From positions 1,612,001 to 1,676,000 of the forward strand of contig OZ218961.1 of the NCBI GenBank assembly GCA_965112735.1: DNA of 64,000 bases, given 5' to 3'. The position numbers and the translations under genes were made by a program. Positions 47,176-57,693 of the stretch are shown here, one piece after another. The stretch comes from Phaeosaccion multiseriatum (lineage: Eukaryota > Protista > Ochrophyta, other classes). The notes under the pieces were generated by a model. It was given only the letters and a program-made list of their open reading frames with translations, was not told where the DNA came from and ran no database searches. Position 1 is the first letter of the stretch, and every line of letters begins with the position of its first letter.

Positions 47176-50100
47176 TCAGAAGCCGAGATGCGAGCGATAG
47201 AATTGCGTCTCGTGCGCCAGCCCGCTGCCCCACTTCTCATGTTGCCGCAGACGGATCGTGCTTTCCCGTTTAGACCTATGCCCTCTTTTGACATTCACTC
47301 CTGGATCAAGGGCAGTGTGCGGGAGGGCGTTCTCGAACGCCTCTATGGCCTTGGCGTGTCCCCGCTCCAGTAACCACTCAGCCCATTCCCAGGTCTGGAA
47401 AGTGCCGCCGTCCGACACCGCCCACCGCACGTTATACTCTCGCCGCAGTGGCAGCCCCGTGGCTTTGCGCCAGCGGAACTTCACAATCCTCGCCAGCGTG
47501 GGCACTTTCCCTTCACTCACCTCGTCCAGCTCTAAGCTACGCTGCTCCTGCATTGCGCTGGTAGCCCACTGAGGAGAGCACCAACGGATATGATACCTGG
47601 CGAATCCTTCCGGGAGACCGAAGGGTCGCTCGCTCACCCCATCGATGAACGGCTTCGTCAAGTCTCTGTGGTACGCCCGTTGCAGCTGCTCCACACCATT
47701 GCCGCGCACCCGTTTCATAGACAGATACACTGCGCTGCGCTGCATGACCTGGTAGTGCTCTTCACTCACCCGCCCATGCTGAGCACAGTAGGCCCCCAGA
47801 GCTGGCCAAGGCAAGACTGTATAAGGACCATCCCACGAGTGCTGCAGAGCCTTGAGTTGCGCTGACGGGGGCCCTTCGAGTTCTTCCCCTTCTTGCTGGG
47901 CGGCGGCACCAGGACGATACAACATCACCTTGGTTCCGGGTCGCAGGGGCGTCGGCCAACGGCGTGAGGCGTTCTTCAGCTGCAATCTCCCGTGGTAGTC
48001 GCAGCGCCTCCCATTGACCACCGCCGCAGCCGCAGCCAGACGTGCCCGCAGTTCGTGGACCCATGCCGAGGCAGACGAAAACGACCCGTCCTCCACTAGC
48101 GCCGGAAGCATCGCCTGTAGAGGCACCGGGGGGTGCCGACCGAACAAGGCGTAGAATGGCGCCATCCCCGTGCTCTCCTGCGAGCGGCAGTTGTACGCAT
48201 AGGTGAGCCCGGCGACGTAATCTGGCCACTGCTGCATCTGTGACTCCACGGTCGTCGCCAACATGTCCTTGATCGTGGCCATGAAGCGCTCCACCTGCCC
48301 ATTGGCCTGTTGGTGCATCGGCGTCGTGAACACTTGCGACGCCGATAGAACTCGCATCACATCGCCCATGAGCGCACTGGTGAACTGCGAGCCTTGATCA
48401 CTCACCAGCACTCGGGGCACACCCAGGGTGGTGACGACATGCCGCACGAAGGCCCGAGCAATACCTTCCGCCGTATAGTCCTGTGCCCTCAAAGGCACCA
48501 CCACTGTCCACTTCGTGAACCAATCCTGAAACACCAAGAGGTACTCCTCACCGCCCATGCCCATAGGAAAGGGGCCAGCCACATCAGCGCCCATGACCGC
48601 CCAAGGTCCATCCACCTTGGAAATGGACGACAGCGGCACAGGCTTTGGCTGCCGGCGAGGAGTCTTGCGTGTCTGGCACGCCAGACAGGAGCGGGCCCAA
48701 TACAGCGCATGTGCATTCATCTTCTCCCACCATACGCGCTCTTGCAGCGCGTCTAGCATACGTCCCGGGCCTTGGTGCCCACCTGCGATGGCATCGGTGT
48801 GGGCGGCATGCAGCAAGGCTGGCCGCATCTCCTTGGGCACACATACTTGTAGCCGAGTGTGCCGCACCCGCCACCGAAAGCCCCCAGGAGCCCACTTACG
48901 CATCAAGAGCCCGTCCTCATCCACAAAGAACTCACCCCCACCTGCATCCACCACGCCGCCGGTGGGCCCAGCCTGAACACGGCGACGGAGTGCTTCCAGC
49001 TCCGCATCAGCCCGCTGCGCACGCACCCACCACGCGGCCTCGACATGCAGACTGCCACCCAAAGCTCCAGCCGCTCGTCTGTGCGCCGCGGCAGCAGGCA
49101 CCGTGCCTGGTAGAGACCACCCAAACTGTCGCTCTGCCTCTCGTCGATGCCCATCAAGCTCGCGCTGCAAGGTGGACTCCTGCTCCACCGGCTCCTTGGA
49201 AACTGAATCCACTGCCTCCTCAGCTTCATTATCCACTGCATCCGCAGCTTCATCACCTGCATCCCCCGCTTCTTCCGTGACCAGTAGATCTGCCGTACCA
49301 GGCTCCGACGGCGACTCCGCAGCAGGCGGCTCCCCAGGGTGGGTGATGCGGCCCTCCTCCGTAACAAGCTCCTCCGAGGGCAGACGAGACGCATCCTCCT
49401 CAAGCTCGGCCTCCCATGCAGCCCACGCATGAGCGGCCGCGGCACCCGTTTGCTGAGCCTCCGCTGGTGTGCACATCGAGAAGTAGTCACGCGACACCTG
49501 ACGGACTTGCTTCCATGGCAACTCGATCATGGTATCTAGATGACTGGCCAACGCGCCCACCACCTTCCGCTGGCGCTTATATGTCCGCGTGAACCGCTCC
49601 ACCATCTGCATCATTGTCTCCCACGAGCACTGCAGTTTGAATTGCAGTTTGGCCAGGTCGAATACCTCCAACGTCTTGGAGTGGACACCAAAGATGTAGA
49701 GCGGTGACACGTGGTCGCGATCGCCCCAATAACCAACCGCGGCCTGCATGAACCTGCCGACTTGCATCTCCTCCTGCTCCGCAGGGGTGTGAGCAGGGCT
49801 CATCGCGCTAAGCTCCACCCCCGGGCCACCATGGACGAACGGCACACACTCCGCCATGCGAGGCCAGAGGCGGAGGAGCGCCGCAGCGTCAGCAAACGCG
49901 TACTCCCGTTGAGCGGCGGACAGCGGCCGCTTCGTCCAATCGGTGGCCCGCTCCTCCTTGCTAAGGTGTTGCTCCAAGAACATGCTGACAAGGTCCTGGA
50001 GTCCGATGAACTGAGTATGTTCGGGGCACACGCGCTTAAAGAGGTCACTGGTGTCCACCAAGTTGACGATGTGCTGGACATGCTCCGCGAGCTCCGGCCA

Positions 50101-53100
50101 TCGGCCCAGGGCACGTTGGTCGTGACTCCAGTGGTGAGCCAGCTTCACAATCGAGGGTTCGGTCCACAGGTCCCGCAACACTTGCGCCAGTACCATCATA
50201 CCCCCCGCCTTCTGAAGCGCGTCTAGATCAATCAAGAGCCCATAGTCACGCGCCACATCCGGCAGCGGCCCAACCTGCACGGCCAATTGCAGCAGCGACG
50301 CGCGCCGTCGGTGACGCGCCCACTCCGAATCCATAGCGACCACTTTGGCTGAGCGCAACTGAGTCGATAGAGCCTGCACGTGCCTCGGCGTAGACACGTA
50401 CGTGCACCTCGCTGCGGAAATGTGACTCACAAATGGCGGCATCTGACCCAGCTGCCAGGCCTCTATCACAGCCTTCTTCACACCCAGCTGGGGTGCTCGC
50501 GTAGGCTGCCATCCACATTGCTGAAGACGCTGTGTCCAAGCACGCCGAGCAGTACCCCTGCGTGACTGCGTCGCAGACAAGTCCACCTCTGCAGTCTGCC
50601 AGGCTTGTAGGGCCTCCGCTCCGCTCTGCTGCTGGTGGTGGCACCGTTGCTGCTGTTGCTGGGCCGTCACGGCAGGCACAGGAATAGGAAGGCGTGTGTC
50701 GGCTTCGCCCTGCAGCTGTTGCGCCACTGCGAGAAAGCGAAGCAGTGCGCCCTCCGTGGGCTCCTCCCAATGAAGGCTGCACTCGTCCCCTACCATCTCC
50801 ACCAGGTTCAACTGCACCCCCATCGAAGCACACCAGGTGTGCAAGGGCGACGGCCACTCGCACGCAACCATGGCCAAGTCTACCCCCGCATGCGTCTCCC
50901 ACTCCTGCACCGGAAGCGCGTTGCGAGAGAGGCAGTCAGGCACCACCATTTGCTTCCCGGGACGATGCACAAACTGCAAGTGGTGCGTAGAGAGCCGCTC
51001 GTACCATCTGAACAGCTTGGAATTGGTATCCTTGTGCCCAGCCAACCACAACAAGGGCTGATGGTCCGTCACCACTGTGGTGGGGTAGTGGCAGATGTAC
51101 ATGGCCAGTTTGCGCACACACCACACCACTGCCAGCAGCTCCAGCTCCGTGCTGCTCAGTCGCGCCTCCGTCTCCGTGGTAGCCCGACTGATGAACGTCA
51201 CCACACGCTCCTCCCCGGTCGCATCTTTCTGAGAGAGCACTCCTGCTAACCCTTCCGTCGAGGCATCGGTACTCAGGGTGAAAGTCGTCGCTGGCCCGTA
51301 CTCCGGAAAAGCCAGTGCAGGGGAAGACAACAAGTCGGCAACGAGTCCATCCCAAGCTGCATCGTGCGAGGCATTCCAGGCGGTGCTCACGTCGACGCCC
51401 TTACGCAGCAGCCCATTGAGGGGCCGCACTTTGCGCGCAAACTCCGGAATGAAACGGCGAAAGTAGCTGAGCATGCCAATGAAACGCCGCACCTGCTTAA
51501 CTCGATTGACGCCGCCATCCTTCGCAAGCAACCTCAACGGCTTGACCAGCTCTTGCACCGCCGCATGCTTGGCCGGGTCTGTGCGCACCCCATTCTGATC
51601 CAGCAAATGCCCGCAGAACCGCACCTCCGGTGCACCCAATACAGCCTTACTCGGCTCCAACTTGAGCTTGTGCTCCACCAACCGCGCAAGCACAGCATCC
51701 AAATGCTCCAGATGCTGCTCAACCGTAGCCGAAAACACAGCAATATCGTCCACAAAGCATGCCACATGCTCCTGAAGCCCCTTGAGCACCTTGTTCATAA
51801 GCCGCACAAAGACTGCAGGCGCATTCTTCGCGCCCTGCGGCATCACTCGCCAAGCGTAAGTTCCACTGTGGCACACAAAGGTGGATATGTCCTCTTCCGC
51901 TGCTGATGCCATCGGCACATTGAAGTAGCCCGACATGATGTCCATCACCGAGAACACCTTGGAGCCATGCATCTCTGCCAGCAGATCATCAATCACCGGC
52001 ATCGCAGGGGCCTCCGTGCGACACGCATCATTCAGCTGAGACAAGTCACACGTCATACGTACCACAGGCGTCCCATCCTCATGACACTTGGTTTTGCCAG
52101 CTGCGTCCGTCTTCAAGACCGCCATCAGCGGAGTAGCCCAGCTGGAAGTGCTGGGGCGAATGATGGCAGCCGCGAGAAGCTTGTCAATCTCAATCTCAAT
52201 CCCCCGCCGCAAATGTGGAGGATACCGTCGAGCGGAGCTCCGAATGGGCTGCTGATTCGCATCCTTCAGTCCCCACTCAAAGAAGAGAGTATCCGTCCGA
52301 CCGTAGTCACCAGGCCTCTGACAGAATGCTTGCGACCGAGCGCGAAGGATCGCCACCAGTCCCCAGCGTTGCACCTCCGTCCAGGCACCGTCGCCAATCG
52401 TGATAGCGTGCAGGGGCGACGGTAGCTCCCTGAGCCAGAACTGAGCCCTCTCCGTAGTGAGCTTGGCACGGCGCCGCTGCTCCACCACAAGCTCTCCTGC
52501 ATCCCACGACTCCACTCCCCCACCAAGACAGCGACTCTCCTGCAGCACCGTTCGCAATTGGATGAGGAGCAGCAGCGCATTGGTCATATCCTGCTCCACC
52601 TTCTCCTGCTGCTGTAATGGGCGACTAGACCACAACGACAAGAGCTGTTGGGCCCATGCGGCCACAGCAACGTCCCCAACGCCGCTCAGACCCGTGCCAG
52701 CGGCTTGGTGTACATGGGGGCGCAGGAGCAGTAGCGCGGTCACAGCCCCTTCCTCTGCCGCAACCAAGCACTCGCGCAGACGTCCATACACTCGCTCTGA
52801 CAGGTGAGGGTACCACTCCTTGATCAACTGCACTCCTGCCATCAGAGTCCCACCGGACGTGTCACTCTGGCTACCGAGTCGCAAGGCACCATCCGCATCC
52901 AGTACCCACCCATCACCGCGTAGGTCAGTCAATGATGTGCCCACCGCCGCCGACGATGAACCTGCCTCGGACCGTAGTGGCGGTTCCTCCGACGCCACTG
53001 ACGATGCCGCCCCTGGCGCAGGCCTGCTGGTGGAATCATCAGCCCCCGCCACGTGGTGGACCTGCAGCTGGCCTGTACGAGGCGGTCGGGGCTCCTGCAA

Positions 53101-55200
53101 CTGTGTCTGACGGCGTCGCGCTACCGCCGCCGGAGCCACCTGCTGCTGTACCGCATTGGACCGCTGAACCTGCTGAGCTGCCGACGAATCCGCTCGCTTA
53201 AAGAGCTCTTCCCGCTGGGCCTTGTGCCGTCGCTGCAATGCCCACTGGCGTTGCTGCCGTGCCTGCTGCTGTGCCGCTTGTAACCGCTTGGCCTGCTGCG
53301 TTGCCAACCAGGCTGCTGTCTCCTCCTTCGAGTCCACTCGTGGTGTGTCAGCTCGTCTGGCCGGCACTCGCACTGTCCCCCCCCAGGAGGGCGCCAAGGG
53401 CACGCGACGCTCCCGCGGCACCTGTCGTTGCCCCAAGTCGCTCCCCCAAGCGAGACGAAGCCCTCGGTGATGCCAGGCGCAGGAGCCGTCAGCGCACAGC
53501 TCCCGTCGCAGCGGCAAGACTTGTCGTCGCACTTGCTCATGGCGCTCCAACACTGCTTGCCGATGAACCTGGTCCCACAGCACAGGAGACTCCACAAGCA
53601 TTGATGCCACTCTCCGACGTTGCCGCTGCAACCGCCCAGCACCCACTCGACTCTGACGACACTGACTCCCCTTCTTGCCGCTGCGCTGCAAATGCTGAAA
53701 CCGGGCCTTCACTGCCGGCTGAGGCACCAGAGTCGATGGCACCCCCACCTCAGTCCGTGGGTGCGTCAGGGCCTGCACCTGCACAGCTTGCAGCGGAAGC
53801 GCCGTAGCCCCCAGCTCAGCCTCCTCTGGTACCACCGAGCAGCGAACTACAGGCCCCTGCGGTGGGCACCAGACCGGCTCAGCTCCTGCTTCAGCTTCAG
53901 CCGGCTGCTGCGACGCCTCCTCCTCCACCACAGACTCAACCGCCTCCCGCGCCTTGGACCATGGCAGCCTGCGCTTCACCACACGCCTCACCATCCCGCC
54001 AAGAGCACCAAGCCAGGAGGAGGGGGCCGCTGCAGTCTCCGGCATGGTATCTGAAGAAGCCGGCTCAGCGAGCATGAGCGCGGCCACCTCAGCGCTCGCC
54101 TCCGAGTCGAGCAAGCAAGAAGCGGTGCCGATGACCTGCCCAGGAACGACCACAATGACCTGATTGTGGTGATTCTGCACTGTGATTCGGTAACTCTGCC
54201 CCCCAGCATACACACCATCTTTGTGCGCCACTAGAACCTGCTCGTGCTCCAGCCACCATAGAACGTCCGCCTCTGCCGCCAAGTGTCCGTGAGCGCCCAG
54301 CTCCACCACCGCCTGGACACCCTCAACGATACCCGTAAGCTCGAGGAGAAGGGACCCCGTCTGTCCAGGTCCCAAGCTCAAAGCCTCCACAGCACGTACC
54401 CCCCCAACAGCAGCGTTGCCGTCCACCACTGCCAGCACTTGCACAGCCAAGGCATCGGACGGACGAGCATCCGACGTGGCCTCCTCCGAAGGAGTCGGAA
54501 GTACGTAGAGCTGCTTCGCACGATGATCGACGACTGCCCCTACTTGGGTGAAGAAATCCTGCCCCAAGAAGATGGGCCGCGCCAAGTGGTCCACCACATG
54601 AAAGGGTAGCACCGGCTGGCACGTCGGCGTGAGTCCCACCTGAAGCCAAACAAGCCCTCTGGACATAGTCTTGGCACGATTGTCAGCGTAAGACACCTGC
54701 ACCCCCTTCTGCGTGGCGAGCTCTGACCGCTCCACCGTGCCATCCGCCACCAGTTGATTGAAGCAGGCTGTCGAGATGCAGCCCGCTCCTGTGCACCCAC
54801 TGTCCATCAAGGCTGTAAAGGCGCTCTTCTCCACGGCGTCGGCGGCACTGGCATCCCGTGGAGCGGTAGCAGCCAAGCAATGCCGAGCGTCACTGACCTT
54901 CACTGGCGAGCGCACCGTAACCTCGATCGTGTGGCCCCGCCCTGCTGGGACTGCCGTACGACCCGTGGCAGCCACCGCTTCGGCAATCTCAGCTCTCCGC
55001 ACTGCTGTCTGCAAGGCGGCCACCCCCCCCGGAGCGTCCTCCATCCGCACACGGTAGAGAGCCAAGGCAGCGCGTTGCACACACCCCTCACACATATCAC
55101 ACTCACTGTCAACAGCCGACGCACAGGCACAAGCTCCCGGACTGGGGGCTCCTTGAGCAGAGCGACTCCCGCGCCAGGCTCCAAGGCTACTGCATGACAA
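47176..55200 (-). CDS. pol: gypsy Pol: aspartic protease, RT, RNase H, DEDDy 3'-5' exonuclease, integrase, chromodomain (2674 aa)
   Basis: PR ALMDSGC...FLGQDF. RT SWATPL, MDIMSGYF, MPQGAKNAP, FVDD. RH TDAS, ELELLA, TDHQPL, PDCLSR. Exo AMDSEW, HWSHD, DWTKRPLS..QREYAFAD. IN H..H..CLAC, ADVAGP, SDQGSQF, GQVER, WDGPY. Chromo EYNVRW...TWEW. Confidence 0.95.
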   Translation of the reverse strand: MSCSSLGAWRGSRSAQGAPSPGACACASAVDSECDMCEGCVQRAALALYRVRMEDAPGGVAALQTAVRRAEIAEAVAATGRTAVPAGRGHTIEVTVRSPVKVSDARHCLAATAPRDASAADAVEKSAFTALMDSGCTGAGCISTACFNQLVADGTVERSELATQKGVQVSYADNRAKTMSRGLVWLQVGLTPTCQPVLPFHVVDHLARPIFLGQDFFTQVGAVVDHRAKQLYVLPTPSEEATSDARPSDALAVQVLAVVDGNAAVGGVRAVEALSLGPGQTGSLLLELTGIVEGVQAVVELGAHGHLAAEADVLWWLEHEQVLVAHKDGVYAGGQSYRITVQNHHNQVIVVVPGQVIGTASCLLDSEASAEVAALMLAEPASSDTMPETAAAPSSWLGALGGMVRRVVKRRLPWSKAREAVESVVEEEASQQPAEAEAGAEPVWCPPQGPVVRCSVVPEEAELGATALPLQAVQVQALTHPRTEVGVPSTLVPQPAVKARFQHLQRSGKKGSQCRQSRVGAGRLQRQRRRVASMLVESPVLWDQVHRQAVLERHEQVRRQVLPLRRELCADGSCAWHHRGLRLAWGSDLGQRQVPRERRVPLAPSWGGTVRVPARRADTPRVDSKEETAAWLATQQAKRLQAAQQQARQQRQWALQRRHKAQREELFKRADSSAAQQVQRSNAVQQQVAPAAVARRRQTQLQEPRPPRTGQLQVHHVAGADDSTSRPAPGAASSVASEEPPLRSEAGSSSAAVGTSLTDLRGDGWVLDADGALRLGSQSDTSGGTLMAGVQLIKEWYPHLSERVYGRLRECLVAAEEGAVTALLLLRPHVHQAAGTGLSGVGDVAVAAWAQQLLSLWSSRPLQQQEKVEQDMTNALLLLIQLRTVLQESRCLGGGVESWDAGELVVEQRRRAKLTTERAQFWLRELPSPLHAITIGDGAWTEVQRWGLVAILRARSQAFCQRPGDYGRTDTLFFEWGLKDANQQPIRSSARRYPPHLRRGIEIEIDKLLAAAIIRPSTSSWATPLMAVLKTDAAGKTKCHEDGTPVVRMTCDLSQLNDACRTEAPAMPVIDDLLAEMHGSKVFSVMDIMSGYFNVPMASAAEEDISTFVCHSGTYAWRVMPQGAKNAPAVFVRLMNKVLKGLQEHVACFVDDIAVFSATVEQHLEHLDAVLARLVEHKLKLEPSKAVLGAPEVRFCGHLLDQNGVRTDPAKHAAVQELVKPLRLLAKDGGVNRVKQVRRFIGMLSYFRRFIPEFARKVRPLNGLLRKGVDVSTAWNASHDAAWDGLVADLLSSPALAFPEYGPATTFTLSTDASTEGLAGVLSQKDATGEERVVTFISRATTETEARLSSTELELLAVVWCVRKLAMYICHYPTTVVTDHQPLLWLAGHKDTNSKLFRWYERLSTHHLQFVHRPGKQMVVPDCLSRNALPVQEWETHAGVDLAMVACEWPSPLHTWCASMGVQLNLVEMVGDECSLHWEEPTEGALLRFLAVAQQLQGEADTRLPIPVPAVTAQQQQQRCHHQQQSGAEALQAWQTAEVDLSATQSRRGTARRAWTQRLQQCGWQPTRAPQLGVKKAVIEAWQLGQMPPFVSHISAARCTYVSTPRHVQALSTQLRSAKVVAMDSEWARHRRRASLLQLAVQVGPLPDVARDYGLLIDLDALQKAGGMMVLAQVLRDLWTEPSIVKLAHHWSHDQRALGRWPELAEHVQHIVNLVDTSDLFKRVCPEHTQFIGLQDLVSMFLEQHLSKEERATDWTKRPLSAAQREYAFADAAALLRLWPRMAECVPFVHGGPGVELSAMSPAHTPAEQEEMQVGRFMQAAVGYWGDRDHVSPLYIFGVHSKTLEVFDLAKLQFKLQCSWETMMQMVERFTRTYKRQRKVVGALASHLDTMIELPWKQVRQVSRDYFSMCTPAEAQQTGAAAAHAWAAWEAELEEDASRLPSEELVTEEGRITHPGEPPAAESPSEPGTADLLVTEEAGDAGDEAADAVDNEAEEAVDSVSKEPVEQESTLQRELDGHRREAERQFGWSLPGTVPAAAAHRRAAGALGGSLHVEAAWWVRAQRADAELEALRRRVQAGPTGGVVDAGGGEFFVDEDGLLMRKWAPGGFRWRVRHTRLQVCVPKEMRPALLHAAHTDAIAGGHQGPGRMLDALQERVWWEKMNAHALYWARSCLACQTRKTPRRQPKPVPLSSISKVDGPWAVMGADVAGPFPMGMGGEEYLLVFQDWFTKWTVVVPLRAQDYTAEGIARAFVRHVVTTLGVPRVLVSDQGSQFTSALMGDVMRVLSASQVFTTPMHQQANGQVERFMATIKDMLATTVESQMQQWPDYVAGLTYAYNCRSQESTGMAPFYALFGRHPPVPLQAMLPALVEDGSFSSASAWVHELRARLAAAAAVVNGRRCDYHGRLQLKNASRRWPTPLRPGTKVMLYRPGAAAQQEGEELEGPPSAQLKALQHSWDGPYTVLPWPALGAYCAQHGRVSEEHYQVMQRSAVYLSMKRVRGNGVEQLQRAYHRDLTKPFIDGVSERPFGLPEGFARYHIRWCSPQWATSAMQEQRSLELDEVSEGKVPTLARIVKFRWRKATGLPLRREYNVRWAVSDGGTFQTWEWAEWLLERGHAKAIEAFENALPHTALDPGVNVKRGHRSKRESTIRLRQHEKWGSGLAHETQFYRSHLGF

Positions 55201-56866
55201 GCACGCACAAACGGATCAAGGGCAAGCGTGTGCAGCCCCGCCTCCTCCGTCAACACCGCCGTGAAAGCAGCCTCCTGCTGATGCTGCTGTGCTGCTGCTG
55301 TCGCACGAGCACGCTGCCTCCGCTGCTTCCTCCGTACCCGCCGTCGAAGAGCTACTGCGCGCCTCGCTGCATCCTGCTGCTCCTGTGCCGCCTGCTCGTC
55401 ACCCTTGCGCAGCGCTGCCTTCGCCTGCTGGGCACGCCGTCTCAACCACTTTGCTGCCACCCTCTGCTCAGTCCTGCTCCGCCCCTCCGCCGGAGGCACC
55501 GCTGGAGACGTCAGCGGCAGGGTCCGAAGGCTCTGCTCCTGCTGCTGAAGCTGAACCTCCTCCTGCTGCTGAAGCTGAACCTGCCACGCCCACTGTTCAT
55601 GTTCCCCCGTGGGAGTGAATGGCGGAAGAGATGCTGCCCCGAGCGGTAAGGCCCGCACGAGGCCCATGGCCTTGGCCTGGCGAGGCGTCACCAGGGAGCA
55701 CAGCTGCTGAGGCTGAAGCTCATCGCTTGACGGTGGGCTGGCTTTTGCAACCTGGACGGCAGCCTCGACAGCATGACCCTGCTGCTGCTCCAATTGCTCC
55801 TGCTGCCCCCCGCCACCTGCGGCTGCTGCTGCAGCAGCTGCTGCTGCTGTCCCAGCCGCTGTTGCCGCTCCTTCGCCGCACGCAGTGCGCGCTGTTCCGG
55901 GAAGGCACACGCACGCACCCGCTCCAAACCCCTTGCATCCATCCAGACAGACTCGTGTTGCGCAACGGTTGCCGCCTCGCACTCAACCTCCCCCACTGCC
56001 GACGGTGGCACCTGCTGCTCCGGACACTCACCCGCAACGACTGCATCCTCCTGGCGCAGAGGCAGCGGCAGCGCGACGTCAGGTCCGCTCGACGGCTCGA
56101 CGGCAGAGCCGGGCTGCGGTGCTTCGACTAAGCACACGGAGCGTACCACTGGACACGGCTGCTGCTGCTGCTGCTGCTGCTGCTCCGGCGGCGGCAGCTG
56201 CTCGACTGCGGAAGCCGCTGGCGCAGCCTCCTGGTGCGCGCCCTCCACGACTACCTCTACTGCACGCTGCGCCTGCTGCTGTACCGCCGTCATCGCCGTG
56301 TGCTCACCAGCAACGACTGCATCCGGGCCGTCAGTGCCCCGCGACTGCTCGACCACAGAGCGTACCACAGGACCCGGCTGCTGCGCTAGCTGCCGCTCCG
56401 GCTGCTGGCGCTGCGGCTGCGGCAGCTGCCGCTCCGACGCTGGCAGCTGCTCGACCGCGGACGGCGCAGGCACAGCCTCTCTGTGCGCACCCTCCACGAC
56501 TGCCTCTACGACACGGCGCTGCTGCTGCTGCTGCTGCTGCTGCAGCTGCTGCTGCTGCAGCTGCTGCTGCTGTTGCTGTTGCCGTTGTAGCCGAGCACGT
56601 TTGAGTCTGTCGCCACACCACATGTCACTCCGATAAACTCTGATGGCAGGTGACTCCTGCTCTACACGACTAGCCTGACCGCTCCTACGCTGAGCGTCGG
56701 CATGGGGCAAAGGTGGGTCTGACAAACAAGATAGGTGCGAAGTACATTCATTATCTTCTACACTGCTCTTGCCCGCCCTCCCCCCCTGTTCCCCCACGCC
56801 GACGCTATCCTCACGCGCTGCGGTCGTGGGCCCCAGGGCTGCTGGCCAAGCAGCCCCGGGGCACCG
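55200..56866 (-). other. Gln-rich gag-pol linker: in frame with gag after the UGA, then two apparent frame changes (~55800 and ~55100) into pol
   Basis: ORF 55688-56797 shares the gag frame. ORF 54900-55982 overlaps both it and pol. Contains (CTG)n tracts and internal duplications. Confidence 0.6.
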
Positions 56867-57167
56867 TCAGCCTTCGAACTTGAACCCGTCCTGCGCCGCC
56901 AGAGTGCCCGCCACCATTGCTGCTACGGCTTCAGACATGTCGGACTCCTGGTGCTGCGCTCTGACCGCCTGCCGCCGCTGCACGCGACTCACAATGCCGA
57001 GCAGCTCCTCACGCGTAGCGGGGATGGCGTTGCATTCTATCCATCCATGGCCGGCGCGGCGACAAGTCATGCAGTTAAATGGGGCATTGCCGTTGCCACG
57101 CTGCTTCACCGAGCCGTGGAACAGCAAGGGCCGCTGCTGGGTGGGCGTGAGCCGCGGCTGCTGCGCC

Positions 57168-57202
<35 letters not shown>

Positions 57203-57693
57203 TGCATTCACCCCCACCTCCTGTGACGGCTGATGGTCCAGATGCTGCTCCACCGCATTCACGGCCACTTCCAGATGCTGCTCCACCGCATTCACGGCCA
57301 CTCCCCCGCGCGGAGTGCGCAGACCACCACCACCACCACCACGGGCCCGCGTAGCCCCACCAGTAGAAGAGAGCGTAAGTGGGCTACCAGCCTGGAGCAC
57401 CCGAGTCGCGGAAGGAAATGCCTTCTGGAAGGCGGCGTAGAAATCACTCCACGAGGGAGTCGCCGACTCCCAGCGCAGCCAGAAGTTGGTCATGCCGTCA
57501 GTTAATGGCAACGAGCCGTGACGAAGCCGAATCTCGACCTCTGGCCGCAGCACCGCCAGCAGGCCCGTAACCAAGGCTTGCTCATCCGTGGCCTGCCCCG
57601 TCACCTGCGCCAGACACAGAGAGAGTTCCGCCAGCTTGGTGAGCAGCCTGGCGAGCGCCTGGTTCACCTCGGCAGGAACGGTGGACGCTTCCA
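56867..57693 (-). CDS. gag: gypsy Gag, C-terminal part (5'-truncated)
   Basis: CCHC knuckle CMTCRRAGHGWIEC and capsid-like WSDFYAAFQKAF. The N-terminus in the ORF track is satellite read-in. Confidence 0.85.

Larger units (their letters stand above)
46942..57693 (-). mobile_element. Ty3/gypsy LTR retrotransposon with chromodomain and an extra exonuclease, 5'-truncated within gag
   Basis: Single (3') LTR plus PPT. Order gag(CCHC)-PR-RT-RH-Exo-IN-chromo. No 5' LTR or PBS before the satellite resumes at 57694. Confidence 0.95.
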
